IMG/VR virus record: IMGVR_UViG_3300017911_002356
Location: 1 to 30,536 of that record
Length of the DNA: 30,536 bases
DNA from: a virus
Lineage: Duplodnaviria; Caudoviricetes
Direction: 5' to 3' (one strand)
Position numbers and translations under genes: made by a program
The notes under the pieces: model-generated
What the model saw: only the letters and a program-made list of their open reading frames with translations
Database searches by the model: none
What the model was told of the DNA's origin: nothing
Shown: one piece after another, positions 8,304 through 17,606 of the stretch
Layout: every line of letters begins with the position of its first letter
Numbering within the stretch: the stretch's first letter is position 1

Positions 8304-9180
8304 TAGTTTTGATAGTATTATTGGACAACAGGAAGTAATTAGAAGACTTAAAATTTCTACTTTTGGGTGTGCAAAGAATAATAAGCCATTATCTCATGTT
8401 TTATTAGATGGGCCTCCCGGTCTTGGTAAGACCACAATATCATCTGCAATAGCAAATGAACTCGGCGTGGAACTGATCACCGCTAATGCTGCTTCAATTA
8501 GAAGTGTTAGTAGTATGACGAAGTATCTTTTAAATATTAGTCATAATTGCGTGTTATTCATTGATGAAATTCATAGACTTCCTAAATTAGTCGAAGAGTT
8601 TCTGTATCCAGTGATGGAAGATTTTAAGGCAACAATTATCTTGGAGTCAGATCCAGAAGAAATAGATATTCCTCCATTTACATTGGTTGGTGCTACGACT
8701 AGCGGAGGAAGTCTTAGCCAGCCTTTTTATGATAGATTCACAATTAAAGAACATCTTAATTTTTATACCTGCGATGAACTAGCCAAACTAGCAAGGTTGA
8801 ATGCGGAAAAGTCTGGATTATCCCTGACAGAACAAAAGGCTTTTGAAATTGCTCAAAGAAGCAAGGGTACTCCAAGAATCTTAAATGCTAGAATGGAATG
8901 GTATGAAAATTACACATCATACTTTAAGGATGAAATGGATAGTATTAGTGTTGATCATGTTTTTCTTGACCAAGGAATTGACGAAAAAGGACTTGATGAG
9001 AATGACCGTAAGTATTTAGATGTATTGGGTAAAAATCTTGGCAATCCTTTAGGTATAAAGAATATCTCAAGCATGACAGGATTGGCTATGGATACAATAG
9101 AAAATAGCATTGAACCTTATCTAGTAAGAATGGGATATGTAATCAGAACTAGCAAAGGCCGTATATTAGGAAAGTATTGA
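8284..9180 (+). CDS. ruvB: Holliday junction branch-migration helicase RuvB
   Basis: RP..FD.IIGQ, Walker A GPPGLGKTT, Walker B LFIDEIHRL, EEFLYPVMEDF, GATT, GTPRI, IEPYL...RTSKGR; ATG at 8284 after AAGGA. Confidence 0.95.
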   Translation: MATHRPDSFDSIIGQQEVIRRLKISTFGCAKNNKPLSHVLLDGPPGLGKTTISSAIANELGVELITANAASIRSVSSMTKYLLNISHNCVLFIDEIHRLPKLVEEFLYPVMEDFKATIILESDPEEIDIPPFTLVGATTSGGSLSQPFYDRFTIKEHLNFYTCDELAKLARLNAEKSGLSLTEQKAFEIAQRSKGTPRILNARMEWYENYTSYFKDEMDSISVDHVFLDQGIDEKGLDENDRKYLDVLGKNLGNPLGIKNISSMTGLAMDTIENSIEPYLVRMGYVIRTSKGRILGKY

Positions 9181-9185
9181 TAATA

Positions 9186-9195
9186 GGTGTATATT
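9186..9195 (+). promoter_or_regulatory. GGTGTA motif, candidate phage-specific promoter
   Basis: Intergenic GGTGTATATT, 44 nt before ATG 9230; the hexamer recurs in other intergenic gaps. Confidence 0.5.
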
Positions 9196-9229
9196 CTAAT
9201 ATAGGAAACTATATCGGAGTACTTCTATT

Positions 9230-9544
9230 ATGAAATTTTCTATATTTAATTTTATACCTCTAAGATTTACAAAAAGGGCTATTGGTTGGCCTAAAGTTAG
9301 AGCGGAACATCTCAAGAAAAATCCAGAATGTGCTGCCTGTGGCTCTGAAAAAGGGTTAGAAGTTCACCATATAAAGCCTTTCCATCAATTCCCGGAACTA
9401 GAATTAGATCCAGAAAACCTAATAACTCTATGTAATAAATCTTGTCATCTTTATTTTGGACATTTAAAGTACTTCAAGAGTTGGAATCCAGATGTTGTAT
9501 CCGATTCTGCTAAATATTATGAAAAAATAAAAACAAGACCATGA
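9230..9544 (+). CDS. HNH endonuclease
   Basis: CAACG...EVHHIKP...PENLITLC..CH motif. Confidence 0.9.
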   Translation: MKFSIFNFIPLRFTKRAIGWPKVRAEHLKKNPECAACGSEKGLEVHHIKPFHQFPELELDPENLITLCNKSCHLYFGHLKYFKSWNPDVVSDSAKYYEKIKTRP

Positions 9545-10302
9545 ATAAGCAAATATTTATTATTGCATTTGTTATGTCTATTATTTGTAGTGTTTCTTTC
9601 TCTGGAACAATGAGGCACGACGTATCGCAAGAAAAATATATAGACTATGGGAGGAAATTTTATTGCGTAAAGAAAGTAGTAGGAGTTAAGGAGAATAAAG
9701 AAGGTAAAACATATTCAATAGGATCGTGCGTAGTCCTAAATAGTCATTGGATAATAACATGCGCCCATATAGCAGAAGATGAGGTTGATTATATTAATGT
9801 TGTTATAGACGATAAAGAACATCTTATTAATAAGTTTATTATAAATAAAGATTACAGTAAGAAAAAATTACAAGCTGATATTGCTTTGGGTTTTTGTGAA
9901 AAAGGATTTGGGCAAGTAGAAGAACCTCTGATACATAGGGGGAAAATAAAACTTAATGAATATTGTAGTTTTGCTGGATATGGACGATATGGAACCATGA
10001 TAACTGGAGCAAATAAATATGATGGACAACTTAGAGGCGGTACAAATAGAATTGATTCTTTTTTTAAGCTAGATATGGTTGTTGTTAATGGATCAAGGGA
10101 TAGAACTAGAACACAATTAGAATTCCTACCCAATGTTGGAGACAGTGGGGGTGGATTATTTATTCAAGGAAAGTTGGCTGGAATAACATCATTAGTTTTA
10201 AGTTTAGATAAAGTTGCTGATTCAAATTATGGTGATGAAGGTGCCTTCGTTCAAATATACCCACATTTAGAATGGATAGACAAATATGTTAAGAAAAAAT
10301 AG
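9541..10302 (+). CDS. Secreted trypsin-like serine protease (S1)
   Basis: Signal peptide; ITCAH (His), ADIAL (Asp), GDSGGG (Ser). Confidence 0.9.
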   Translation: MNKQIFIIAFVMSIICSVSFSGTMRHDVSQEKYIDYGRKFYCVKKVVGVKENKEGKTYSIGSCVVLNSHWIITCAHIAEDEVDYINVVIDDKEHLINKFIINKDYSKKKLQADIALGFCEKGFGQVEEPLIHRGKIKLNEYCSFAGYGRYGTMITGANKYDGQLRGGTNRIDSFFKLDMVVVNGSRDRTRTQLEFLPNVGDSGGGLFIQGKLAGITSLVLSLDKVADSNYGDEGAFVQIYPHLEWIDKYVKKK

Positions 10303-11182
10303 ATGCGGCCTACTTCCACATATAAGACAAAATATTTATGGTCTTAATTATAATAATCAACAAGTAATTCCTTGGTCTATTTCTAACTTCAAAGTCCAAG
10401 AACAGTGGTCAAAAGCTCAAGGAGAAGGCGTTGTTGTAGCCGTAATAGACACTGGCTGCGATCTAGACCATCCTGATTTAAAACATAGTCTAGTGGATGG
10501 CTATAATTTTATAGGACGCAACAAGGCTCCTGTAGACGATAATGGACATGGAAGCCATGTCGCTGGAACAATAGCGGCAGATAATAATAATAAAGGAATA
10601 GTCGGAGTTGCACCAAAGGCTAAAATAATGCCAATCAAAAGTCTTGGAAGGGATGGTACTGGCGATCTAAAAAGTATATGTGAAGGGATACTTTTTGCAG
10701 CAGATAATGGCGCTGATATAATAACGATGTCTTTAGGTACTCCAGTAGGATCGATGTACATGAGACAATGCATTAATTATGCAGTAGATAAGGGCTGTGT
10801 TTTCTTTTGTGCTGCTGGAAACAGCGGAAATAAAAGTGAACTTATGTATCCAGCTAAATATACAGACACAATATCAATAGGCTCAGTATCAAATGATTTG
10901 AAAATTTCAAGATTTAGTTGCAGTACAGGAAGTGAACTGGATTTTCTAGCACCAGGAGAAGATGTAATTAGTTGTGTTCCTGATGATAGTTATGCTAATA
11001 TGAGTGGTACAAGCATGGCTAATCCATTTGCTGCTGGTTGTGCAGCGCTATTGATGTCCTATAAAAAGAAAAGACTAACAAAGTTCGATTACATTGAACA
11101 CTTTAGTAAACATAGCCTAAAACCAGAGTATTTATTTAAAACATATAAGTCAAGAGGAATAATAACCCCAACTCTTAGATAA
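10286..11182 (+). CDS. Subtilisin-like serine protease (S8)
   Basis: VAVIDTG (Asp), HGSHVAG (His), AAGNSG, SGTSMA (Ser). Confidence 0.95.
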   Translation: MLRKNRCGLLPHIRQNIYGLNYNNQQVIPWSISNFKVQEQWSKAQGEGVVVAVIDTGCDLDHPDLKHSLVDGYNFIGRNKAPVDDNGHGSHVAGTIAADNNNKGIVGVAPKAKIMPIKSLGRDGTGDLKSICEGILFAADNGADIITMSLGTPVGSMYMRQCINYAVDKGCVFFCAAGNSGNKSELMYPAKYTDTISIGSVSNDLKISRFSCSTGSELDFLAPGEDVISCVPDDSYANMSGTSMANPFAAGCAALLMSYKKKRLTKFDYIEHFSKHSLKPEYLFKTYKSRGIITPTLR

Positions 11183-11218
11183 CAACCCATGCATAATATA
11201 TAGACCTGTATGAGATAT

Positions 11219-11255
11219 TGTCAAGTCTTGACAGCAGAAAAAAAAATTATATAAT
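11219..11255 (+). promoter_or_regulatory. Sigma-70 promoter whose -35 lies in a 15-bp inverted repeat
   Basis: TGTCAAG-T-CTTGACA (11219-11233); TTGACA 11228-11233, 16 nt, TATAAT 11250-11255. Confidence 0.7.
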
Positions 11256-11275
11256 GTTAGAGAAAGGGAAATACT

Positions 11276-11440
11276 ATGCGAGAGCGTGGAAATAATAGAA
11301 GAAACAAAAAGAAAACCAAAAGTAGAAAGTCTTTTGATTTTGAGGAAGAGAGTAGGAGAAGGAAGGACTTCAAAAAGAGAAGAAGGGAAATAAAGGAACA
11401 AGAGTATGAAGAAGAAGAATACTCATACAATAACGACTAA
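11276..11440 (+). CDS. Small highly charged protein (54 aa; not in ORF track)
   Basis: ATG after AAAGGGAA; MRERGNNRRNKKKTKSRKSFDFEEESRRRKDFKKRRREIKEQEYEEEEYSYNND; directly downstream of a promoter. Confidence 0.6.
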   Translation: MRERGNNRRNKKKTKSRKSFDFEEESRRRKDFKKRRREIKEQEYEEEEYSYNND

Positions 11441-11681
11441 GGCAATAAATTTCATCAAGAGTCTTTACACGCATATTAGGACAGGTATGAAAAAATGCAG
11501 TAAAGGCAAGATCTTGGAAAGATATTCTATTTGCCAAGGATGCGAGTTTTTTAATTTTATAAGCGATAAACAAGACATCAAAGCGACATGCGATGTCTGT
11601 GGATGTAATATTTCAGATAAAAAAATATTCATGAACAAGTTAGCATGGAAGGATCAGAAATGCCCAAAAGGCAAATGGTGA
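11406..11681 (+). CDS. Cys-rich putative zinc-binding protein
   Basis: R.SICQGCEF...CDVCGC...CPKGKW pattern. Confidence 0.7.
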   Translation: MKKKNTHTITTKAINFIKSLYTHIRTGMKKCSKGKILERYSICQGCEFFNFISDKQDIKATCDVCGCNISDKKIFMNKLAWKDQKCPKGKW

Positions 11682-11685
11682 TAAA

Positions 11686-12192
11686 ATGAAAACAACTATA
11701 AAGAATAGTATAAATTATTATACGAAAAATTTATTTGAAAGTATATCAGAAATAATCAATAACAAGAGCAAAGAAACGGATATCATTGTACCTAATATTT
11801 CTAATGTAGATTTTAAAATCAAAAGTCCATTTATAATTAGTGCGGAAAGTAGATACCCAGCTATTACGAATGAATTGCAGATACAGAAACACCAATTAGG
11901 GCAAAATCTTTTTATATAAACTAGCAGAATAAATAATAACAACCTGTACTTCTGCCAAATGTTTTGCGATAGAAATACTAGATTTAAAAATATCAACTAT
12001 ATACATCTAGTAAGCTGTATGATCGATGTTAGAAATTTCTGTTTAAAAATAAAAAATCAAGAAGATAAAAATGTGGAAATACATGCCCCAAAGTTTGGCA
12101 CAGGCAAATCTGGTGGAAGATGGACAACTATATCAGATCTAATTAATGATTGTTGGCAAGGAATACCTACTTTTATTTATAGGAACAATTAA
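11686..12192 (+). pseudogene. Macro-domain-like (ADP-ribose processing) gene interrupted by one in-frame TAA
   Basis: ORFs 11686..11919 and 11959..12192 share a frame; the only stop is TAA 11917-11919; C-terminal 'IHAPKFGTGKSGGRW..I.DLI' is a macro-domain signature. Confidence 0.7.
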
Positions 12193-12249
12193 TGGATTAT
12201 TATTATTTTCTTTGTTTTTGTATTATAGCAAAAATGATTGGTAGTTTTT

Positions 12250-12792
12250 ATGAAGATAGTCAATAGACTAAAGGGCCAGCGGGTTTATCTTGCTGGTGCG
12301 ATGGATCGTGTTCCTGACAGGGGTTCTTCTTGGAGGCAAAAAATAACGCCTTTCCTTGAAGAATTAAATATTATTGTTTTTGATCCACTAAAAAAACCTG
12401 GCACAGTTGGGCTTGAAAATGAAGAAACACATCTTCTCAAAAAACAACTAAAATCAACAGGACAATATGATCAATTAGCAGAAATAATGAAAACGATTCG
12501 CTCTGTTGATCTTAGGTTAGTAGACATTAGCGACTTTTTGATTGTTCACTTAGATATCGAAACTCATCCTTGCGGTACTTTAGAAGAAATATTTCTTGCT
12601 AATAGACAAAAGAAACCTATAATAGTTCATATAGAACAAGGTAAACAAAATTGTCCAGACTGGTTGTTCGGCACCATCCCTCATAATTTGTTCTTTGATG
12701 AATGGTCTCAAATTATAGAGTATTTATACACTATCAATAGCCAGCAAAATATAAATACTTTAAATAGATGGTGGTTTTTAAATGAAGATTAG
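12250..12792 (+). CDS. Nucleoside 2-deoxyribosyltransferase-like protein
   Basis: 'VYLAGAM', 'FDP', 'DLRLVDISDFLIV', 'GTLEEI..A....KPII'. Confidence 0.8.
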   Translation: MKIVNRLKGQRVYLAGAMDRVPDRGSSWRQKITPFLEELNIIVFDPLKKPGTVGLENEETHLLKKQLKSTGQYDQLAEIMKTIRSVDLRLVDISDFLIVHLDIETHPCGTLEEIFLANRQKKPIIVHIEQGKQNCPDWLFGTIPHNLFFDEWSQIIEYLYTINSQQNINTLNRWWFLNED

Positions 12793-13528
12793 AAAAAATA
12801 TTTGCGCCTTAATACAAGGACCATTAGATGACAGGACTTATGAAGCAATAGACTGCTATCAAGATTTCGGTGAAGTTATTGTTTCCACATGGAAAGGTGA
12901 GGACCTATCTTTACTAGATAAAGCCAAAGGTAGGTTTACGCTCATAGAAAATATATATCCAGATGCAATGCAAACCATCAACAATCATGGTCATAGATAT
13001 TTTATGGCAAGAACTATATTAGGAGGTGCAGTTAAAGCAAATTTTAAATACGTTATGAAGACTAGAACCGATGAGTTATATCCTAATCTGAATAGTCTTT
13101 TAGCAAACTTTGATATGTATCCACATAAAACACATACCACAGACAATGGTTTCTGGAAATCTATACCATTCTGTTTTTCTAATCATTTATTTATAGAAGA
13201 TAGAGACAAACTTATTAGTGCTTGCCAATTTTTAATAGATCATTGCGAAGGCAAAGACCATCAAGACGTTAAACTAGACACGCCAGAACAGGCTTTTGGA
13301 TGGGCTTTAATGAAAGCCAGAAATTTTAAGATAGATAGAACAAATTGGAGACCTATATTCAAGGATAATATTTTTATAACGCCGTGCAAATTATTACCAG
13401 AACATTTACATTCTGGTGGTAGTTATTACAATACCATTCCATTTAAAAGGGCTACCAACTATCCTTGGGGTAGACCAGACGGCCATCAAGTAGATCAATT
13501 ACATCAAAGCCACCTAGAATTCAAATGA
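12782..13528 (+). CDS. WavE-like LPS/glycan biosynthesis protein
   Basis: 'LIQGP', 'EVIVSTW', 'YVMKTRTD', 'PEQ' motifs resemble the WavE family. Confidence 0.6.
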   Translation: MKIRKNICALIQGPLDDRTYEAIDCYQDFGEVIVSTWKGEDLSLLDKAKGRFTLIENIYPDAMQTINNHGHRYFMARTILGGAVKANFKYVMKTRTDELYPNLNSLLANFDMYPHKTHTTDNGFWKSIPFCFSNHLFIEDRDKLISACQFLIDHCEGKDHQDVKLDTPEQAFGWALMKARNFKIDRTNWRPIFKDNIFITPCKLLPEHLHSGGSYYNTIPFKRATNYPWGRPDGHQVDQLHQSHLEFK

Positions 13529-15213
13529 AGATATTAGATTGTACATTGAGAGATGGGGGCTATTATACCAACTGGACTTTTACAGATAGTCTAGTTAGAA
13601 ATATGGTCAAAACACTTGACAACAACAATGTTTCTATTATAGAACTTGGATACAAATCTCCCAAAAAAGGAGGAGCATACAGAAAGTGTAATGACGGATA
13701 TATTAGTAGCATAATTGACTTCAAAACTAAAGCAAAATTGTCTTTTATGATTGATGCAAAAGATTTCGTTAATAATGATGAATCTGTCAATGTGACTCTT
13801 TTACAAGATTGCATCAAAGATTTCAACACCTCTCCTTTTAGTGTGTGTAGACTAGCAATAAAATTTACTGAAATCAAGCAAGCAAAAACTATTGCTCAGT
13901 TTATTACGGATAAAGGGTATGACCTTTTTGTTAATATCATGGGGTCTTCTCTTTTAACAGAATGTCAATTTGTTGACTTTATTACAAATATGAATCACTA
14001 TGCGTCATCACTATATTTTGCAGACTCATATGGCAATCTAACTCCTGATTCTGTAAGAAAAATTTGTAATATTTTCATAAAATCCACAATATTATCATGT
14101 GGTATTCATTGTCACGATAATTTAGGTCTAGCATTTGCCAATAGTCTAGAGGCTTTGAAGTCAGGGTTTTCTTATGTGGACGGAACAGTTTGCGGGATGG
14201 GTAGAGGAGTTGGCAATACAAGAACAGAGCAACTTCTTCTTTATTCTCAAGATAAATTAACCCCAGAACTACTAGAACTAATAAAACAGTTTGATGTACT
14301 TAAACATAAATATAATTGGGGATTTAATTCTCTTTATATGGTCGCTGGCATGAGCCACACACACCCATTACTTGCACAAGACTTAACATCTTCTGGACTT
14401 GGAGCAAAATCATTAGCAAATGCCATCAATTCACTGAGAGGAGAAAAGACATACAATAAAAAACTATTAGAAAAAATTACGCAACAAAAAGTAGCTGTGG
14501 TTATTCCAGCAAGATATAAGTCCTCTAGATTTCCAGGGAAGCCTCTAGCAAAAATAAATGGTAAAGAAATGATATTGCATGTAGCAGATAAATGTTCTGA
14601 AGCAGTTGGTAGTGAAAATGTATATGTCGCTACAGAGAACGATGAGATATCATCAGTAGTCAAGAAAGCTGGCTACCATGTAATTTTAACATCTGATAAT
14701 TGTTTAACAGGAACGGATAGAATAGCGGAAGCCTGCTTAGAAATAGATGCAGATATATTAGTTAATGTGCAAGGCGATGAACCTATGATAAATCCAAAGG
14801 ACATACTAAGAGTAGTAAAATGTAAACAAAATAATCCTAACGCTGTAATTAATTGTATGTCTAATTTAAATCATGATGAAGATTATAACGATAAAAAAAT
14901 ACCAAAAGTAGTTTGTGATAATAATAATTATTTACTCTACTCTAGTCGTAATGCTTTACCGGGAAGTAAAAATGGTATTAGTAAAAATGTTAAAAAACAA
15001 GTTTGTATATATGCATTTAATAAATCAGAACTATTACAATTCCATACTCAGAAAGATAAGTCACCACTAGAGCATCAAGAAGATATCGAGATATTAAGGT
15101 TTATAGAAAATGGCATTCCAGTAAAAATGCTTGAAGTAGATCATATATCTTATGCTGTTGACTATCCAGAAGATATACAACTTATTGAAAGTAAATTAAA
15201 TGTCTCATCTTAA
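13525..15213 (+). CDS. kdsB: Fusion: HMGL-like (DRE-TIM) aldolase plus CMP-Kdo synthetase (KdsB-like)
   Basis: N-term ILDCTLRDGGY, YFADSYG, GIHCHDNLGLAFAN, GMGRGVGN; C-term VIPARYKSSRFPGKPL, TGTDRIAE, NVQGDEP, EDIEILRF, VDYPED. Confidence 0.9.
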   Translation: MKILDCTLRDGGYYTNWTFTDSLVRNMVKTLDNNNVSIIELGYKSPKKGGAYRKCNDGYISSIIDFKTKAKLSFMIDAKDFVNNDESVNVTLLQDCIKDFNTSPFSVCRLAIKFTEIKQAKTIAQFITDKGYDLFVNIMGSSLLTECQFVDFITNMNHYASSLYFADSYGNLTPDSVRKICNIFIKSTILSCGIHCHDNLGLAFANSLEALKSGFSYVDGTVCGMGRGVGNTRTEQLLLYSQDKLTPELLELIKQFDVLKHKYNWGFNSLYMVAGMSHTHPLLAQDLTSSGLGAKSLANAINSLRGEKTYNKKLLEKITQQKVAVVIPARYKSSRFPGKPLAKINGKEMILHVADKCSEAVGSENVYVATENDEISSVVKKAGYHVILTSDNCLTGTDRIAEACLEIDADILVNVQGDEPMINPKDILRVVKCKQNNPNAVINCMSNLNHDEDYNDKKIPKVVCDNNNYLLYSSRNALPGSKNGISKNVKKQVCIYAFNKSELLQFHTQKDKSPLEHQEDIEILRFIENGIPVKMLEVDHISYAVDYPEDIQLIESKLNVSS

Positions 15214-15883
15214 CATAAGACATGCTGGTGGTATTGGCGACGGCATAATGTTTTCTGCAATAGTAAAGGATTATGCCAAAAAAAATGATACAGTTAGTGT
15301 TGTCCCAGATTCCTCATTATGTAAAGATATTTTCAGTCTGATATATGCAAATTATCCTAATATTAAATTGAATTTAGTTATAGATGCTCCTACTATACGA
15401 ATAGAATTTAAAGATGCGGTTGAAAATAAATATTGGAGAACTCTAGATTGGAAACAGGATCAAGAATTAGAAGATAAAATATATGAAGAGATAGTCTCTA
15501 AATTTGGTAAAAATTACTTAGTGATCCATGAACGACAAACTGATAACTGCGGCAGGAAACTAAGATTGCTGGAGCGTAAATATTTTTCACCAAACACACC
15601 GTATATTAATTTAGATGCAACATGGTTAAAAAATAATGGTATCACACCACATAATATTCTCCACTATAGAAAAACAATACATAATGCTCAACAAGCACAT
15701 TTTTATGAAGGCAGCTTTATGAACTTCACCGACTGCATATGTATTAAAAACACAAAATTATTTGCACACCTATATTGCAAGCCACATCTTTTTAACACAT
15801 CAATGGTACACAATCAAATTATTCAATACATCCAAAGCAATAAATGGCATAAAAACAAATGGAACTACATTTATGAAAACTGA
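15200..15883 (+). CDS. Hypothetical protein, possible glycosyltransferase
   Basis: N-terminal 'GGIGDGI' glycine motif seen in GT-B enzymes; glycan-locus context. Confidence 0.5.
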   Translation: MSHLNIRHAGGIGDGIMFSAIVKDYAKKNDTVSVVPDSSLCKDIFSLIYANYPNIKLNLVIDAPTIRIEFKDAVENKYWRTLDWKQDQELEDKIYEEIVSKFGKNYLVIHERQTDNCGRKLRLLERKYFSPNTPYINLDATWLKNNGITPHNILHYRKTIHNAQQAHFYEGSFMNFTDCICIKNTKLFAHLYCKPHLFNTSMVHNQIIQYIQSNKWHKNKWNYIYEN

Positions 15884-16553
15884 AATAATTAAAAATGAAT
15901 ATGGTATTTTTGAGTGTTTTTCTAATGATAGACATATCACTAAACACATAAAACAAAATAAAATATTTCACCCAACACTATACCATTGGATAAAAAACTA
16001 TTTAGAAGGAGACTTATTGGACATAGGTGCCAATATAGGATGCTACTCTATTCCAATAGCTAAGGAATTTAAAAATTATAAAGTGCATTCAGTAGAAGCT
16101 CATCCTGAAATCTTTGGTGTTTTAAATCATAATATTGTTCTTAATAAGCTAGATAATATGACAGCATACAATTTTGGTGCCCTAGATAAAGAACAAACAT
16201 TATTTTTACAACCACTAAAAGATATAGATAATTTTAATACCGGAGACATGAGGTTGTCATCCCAAAAATCCAACATTCCTATCAATTGCTTTCGTTGTGA
16301 TAATAAAATTAATGATATCGAGTGTTCTGTTATAAAAATCGATGCACAAGGATCGGATTATGAAGCATTACTTGGTTGTGAAAAAATAATTGACAAACAT
16401 AGACCATGTATTATTATAGAATGGGAACAACATATGGTTGCGACCAATACCTCTATAAAAGATGTAATTAAATATTTACAAAAATTTAACTACATACTGA
16501 AGGAAACATATATGAGAGATTTTTTATTTACCAGAAAAAATAATCATGATTAA
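15873..16553 (+). CDS. FkbM-family SAM-dependent methyltransferase
   Basis: LDIGANIG, VEAHP, IKIDAQGSD..AL.G, P.IIIE; ATG at 15873 in frame with the listed ORF. Confidence 0.9.
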   Translation: MKTEIIKNEYGIFECFSNDRHITKHIKQNKIFHPTLYHWIKNYLEGDLLDIGANIGCYSIPIAKEFKNYKVHSVEAHPEIFGVLNHNIVLNKLDNMTAYNFGALDKEQTLFLQPLKDIDNFNTGDMRLSSQKSNIPINCFRCDNKINDIECSVIKIDAQGSDYEALLGCEKIIDKHRPCIIIEWEQHMVATNTSIKDVIKYLQKFNYILKETYMRDFLFTRKNNHD

Positions 16554-16929
16554 AATTGAAGTTCCAATAGGAGATATCTTTGATAAAATGTCTATATTAG
16601 AAATTAAGGCATCTAAGACCAAAGAAGCAGATAAAATAAAAAATATAAATAAAGAATTAAACTACATAAAGAAACAATGTCATAATCTAATATCTACAGA
16701 TAACCAAGAATTAATACTATTATACTCTGACCTTAAAGAGACAAATCAAAAACTTTGGGATATTGAAGACAATATTAGAATTAAAGAAAAAGAAAAAAAA
16801 TTTGATGATAGTTTTATATCTCTTGCAAGATCAGTATATTTGACTAATGATCACAGAGCAGATATCAAGAAAAAAATCAATTTATTATTAGGATCTAAAT
16901 TTATAGAGGAAAAAATATATAATGATTAA
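16546..16929 (+). CDS. DUF6165-like protein
   Basis: 'V.IGDIFDK.SILEIK', 'LWDIEDNIR', 'LARSVY.TND.RA.IK..IN...GS...EEK.Y'. Confidence 0.8.
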   Translation: MIKIEVPIGDIFDKMSILEIKASKTKEADKIKNINKELNYIKKQCHNLISTDNQELILLYSDLKETNQKLWDIEDNIRIKEKEKKFDDSFISLARSVYLTNDHRADIKKKINLLLGSKFIEEKIYND

Positions 16930-17605
16930 TTTTGATAATTTTGATACTTTCGATTATCCATATCCCTACATGTCTACAGATCATTGTTTTTCAGAAACAG
17001 ATTTAGAGGCTCTTATCAATGAATTCCCAGATGTTACCAGTGGTAATTTAGTTATGGGAGGAAGAAGACAAAGAGATGCAAAGTCACTAAATGAATGGAT
17101 CAACAATGCCCCAACATGGAAAAGATTTTATGATTTTTTAAATACTAAAGATCGATTTGACAAAGTTACACAACAATATTCTGATGAATTAAAAAAATGG
17201 CAATCTATAATTACAGAAAACTCAGGACCAACAACAGATAGTTTTTTACACATAGATTGGTCTGAAGCAGGAGATGGTTACGTCAGAGAAATTCACAGAG
17301 ATACCGATCCTAGAATATGGAATTTTATTATTTTCTTTAATGATAAAGATTGGGATGGTGGAGATTTTATCATACATAGTTCTGATAGCTTAAAAATATT
17401 TCCTCGTCAAATTTTTGACAAAGAACTGCCGATTCATAAAACAATAGAAGCTAAAAAAAATAGAGCTATTTTTTTCCTTTCTACTCCAAATTCATATCAC
17501 TCCGTTTCGGTGCAGAAAAATACCATAACTCCTAGAAAATTTATATATGGTGCTTATACTATGAAAAATAACATAGATGTATTTAAAAAAAGATATATGT
17601 TTTGA
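16922..17605 (+). CDS. 2OG-Fe(II) oxygenase
   Basis: HRD iron ligands, 'WDGGDF', 'NRAIFF...NSYHSV', distal R. Confidence 0.85.
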   Translation: MINFDNFDTFDYPYPYMSTDHCFSETDLEALINEFPDVTSGNLVMGGRRQRDAKSLNEWINNAPTWKRFYDFLNTKDRFDKVTQQYSDELKKWQSIITENSGPTTDSFLHIDWSEAGDGYVREIHRDTDPRIWNFIIFFNDKDWDGGDFIIHSSDSLKIFPRQIFDKELPIHKTIEAKKNRAIFFLSTPNSYHSVSVQKNTITPRKFIYGAYTMKNNIDVFKKRYMF

Positions 17606-17606
17606 A

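Noticed and set aside
11917-11919. Possible stop-codon reassignment in this phage
   Set aside because: TAA, TAG and TGA all end full-length genes at overlap junctions; the tRNA anticodon TAA decodes UUA (Leu) and is not a suppressor
12192-12266. 24-codon ORF MDYYYFLCFCIIAKMIGSFYEDSQ with TAATG overlap
   Set aside because: Too short to support without conservation data
16922-17605. 2OG oxygenase as a TET/JBP DNA-modifying enzyme
   Set aside because: Motif layout looks more like prolyl-hydroxylase-type 2OG oxygenases, and no DNA methyltransferase is adjacent; not supportable without an HMM search
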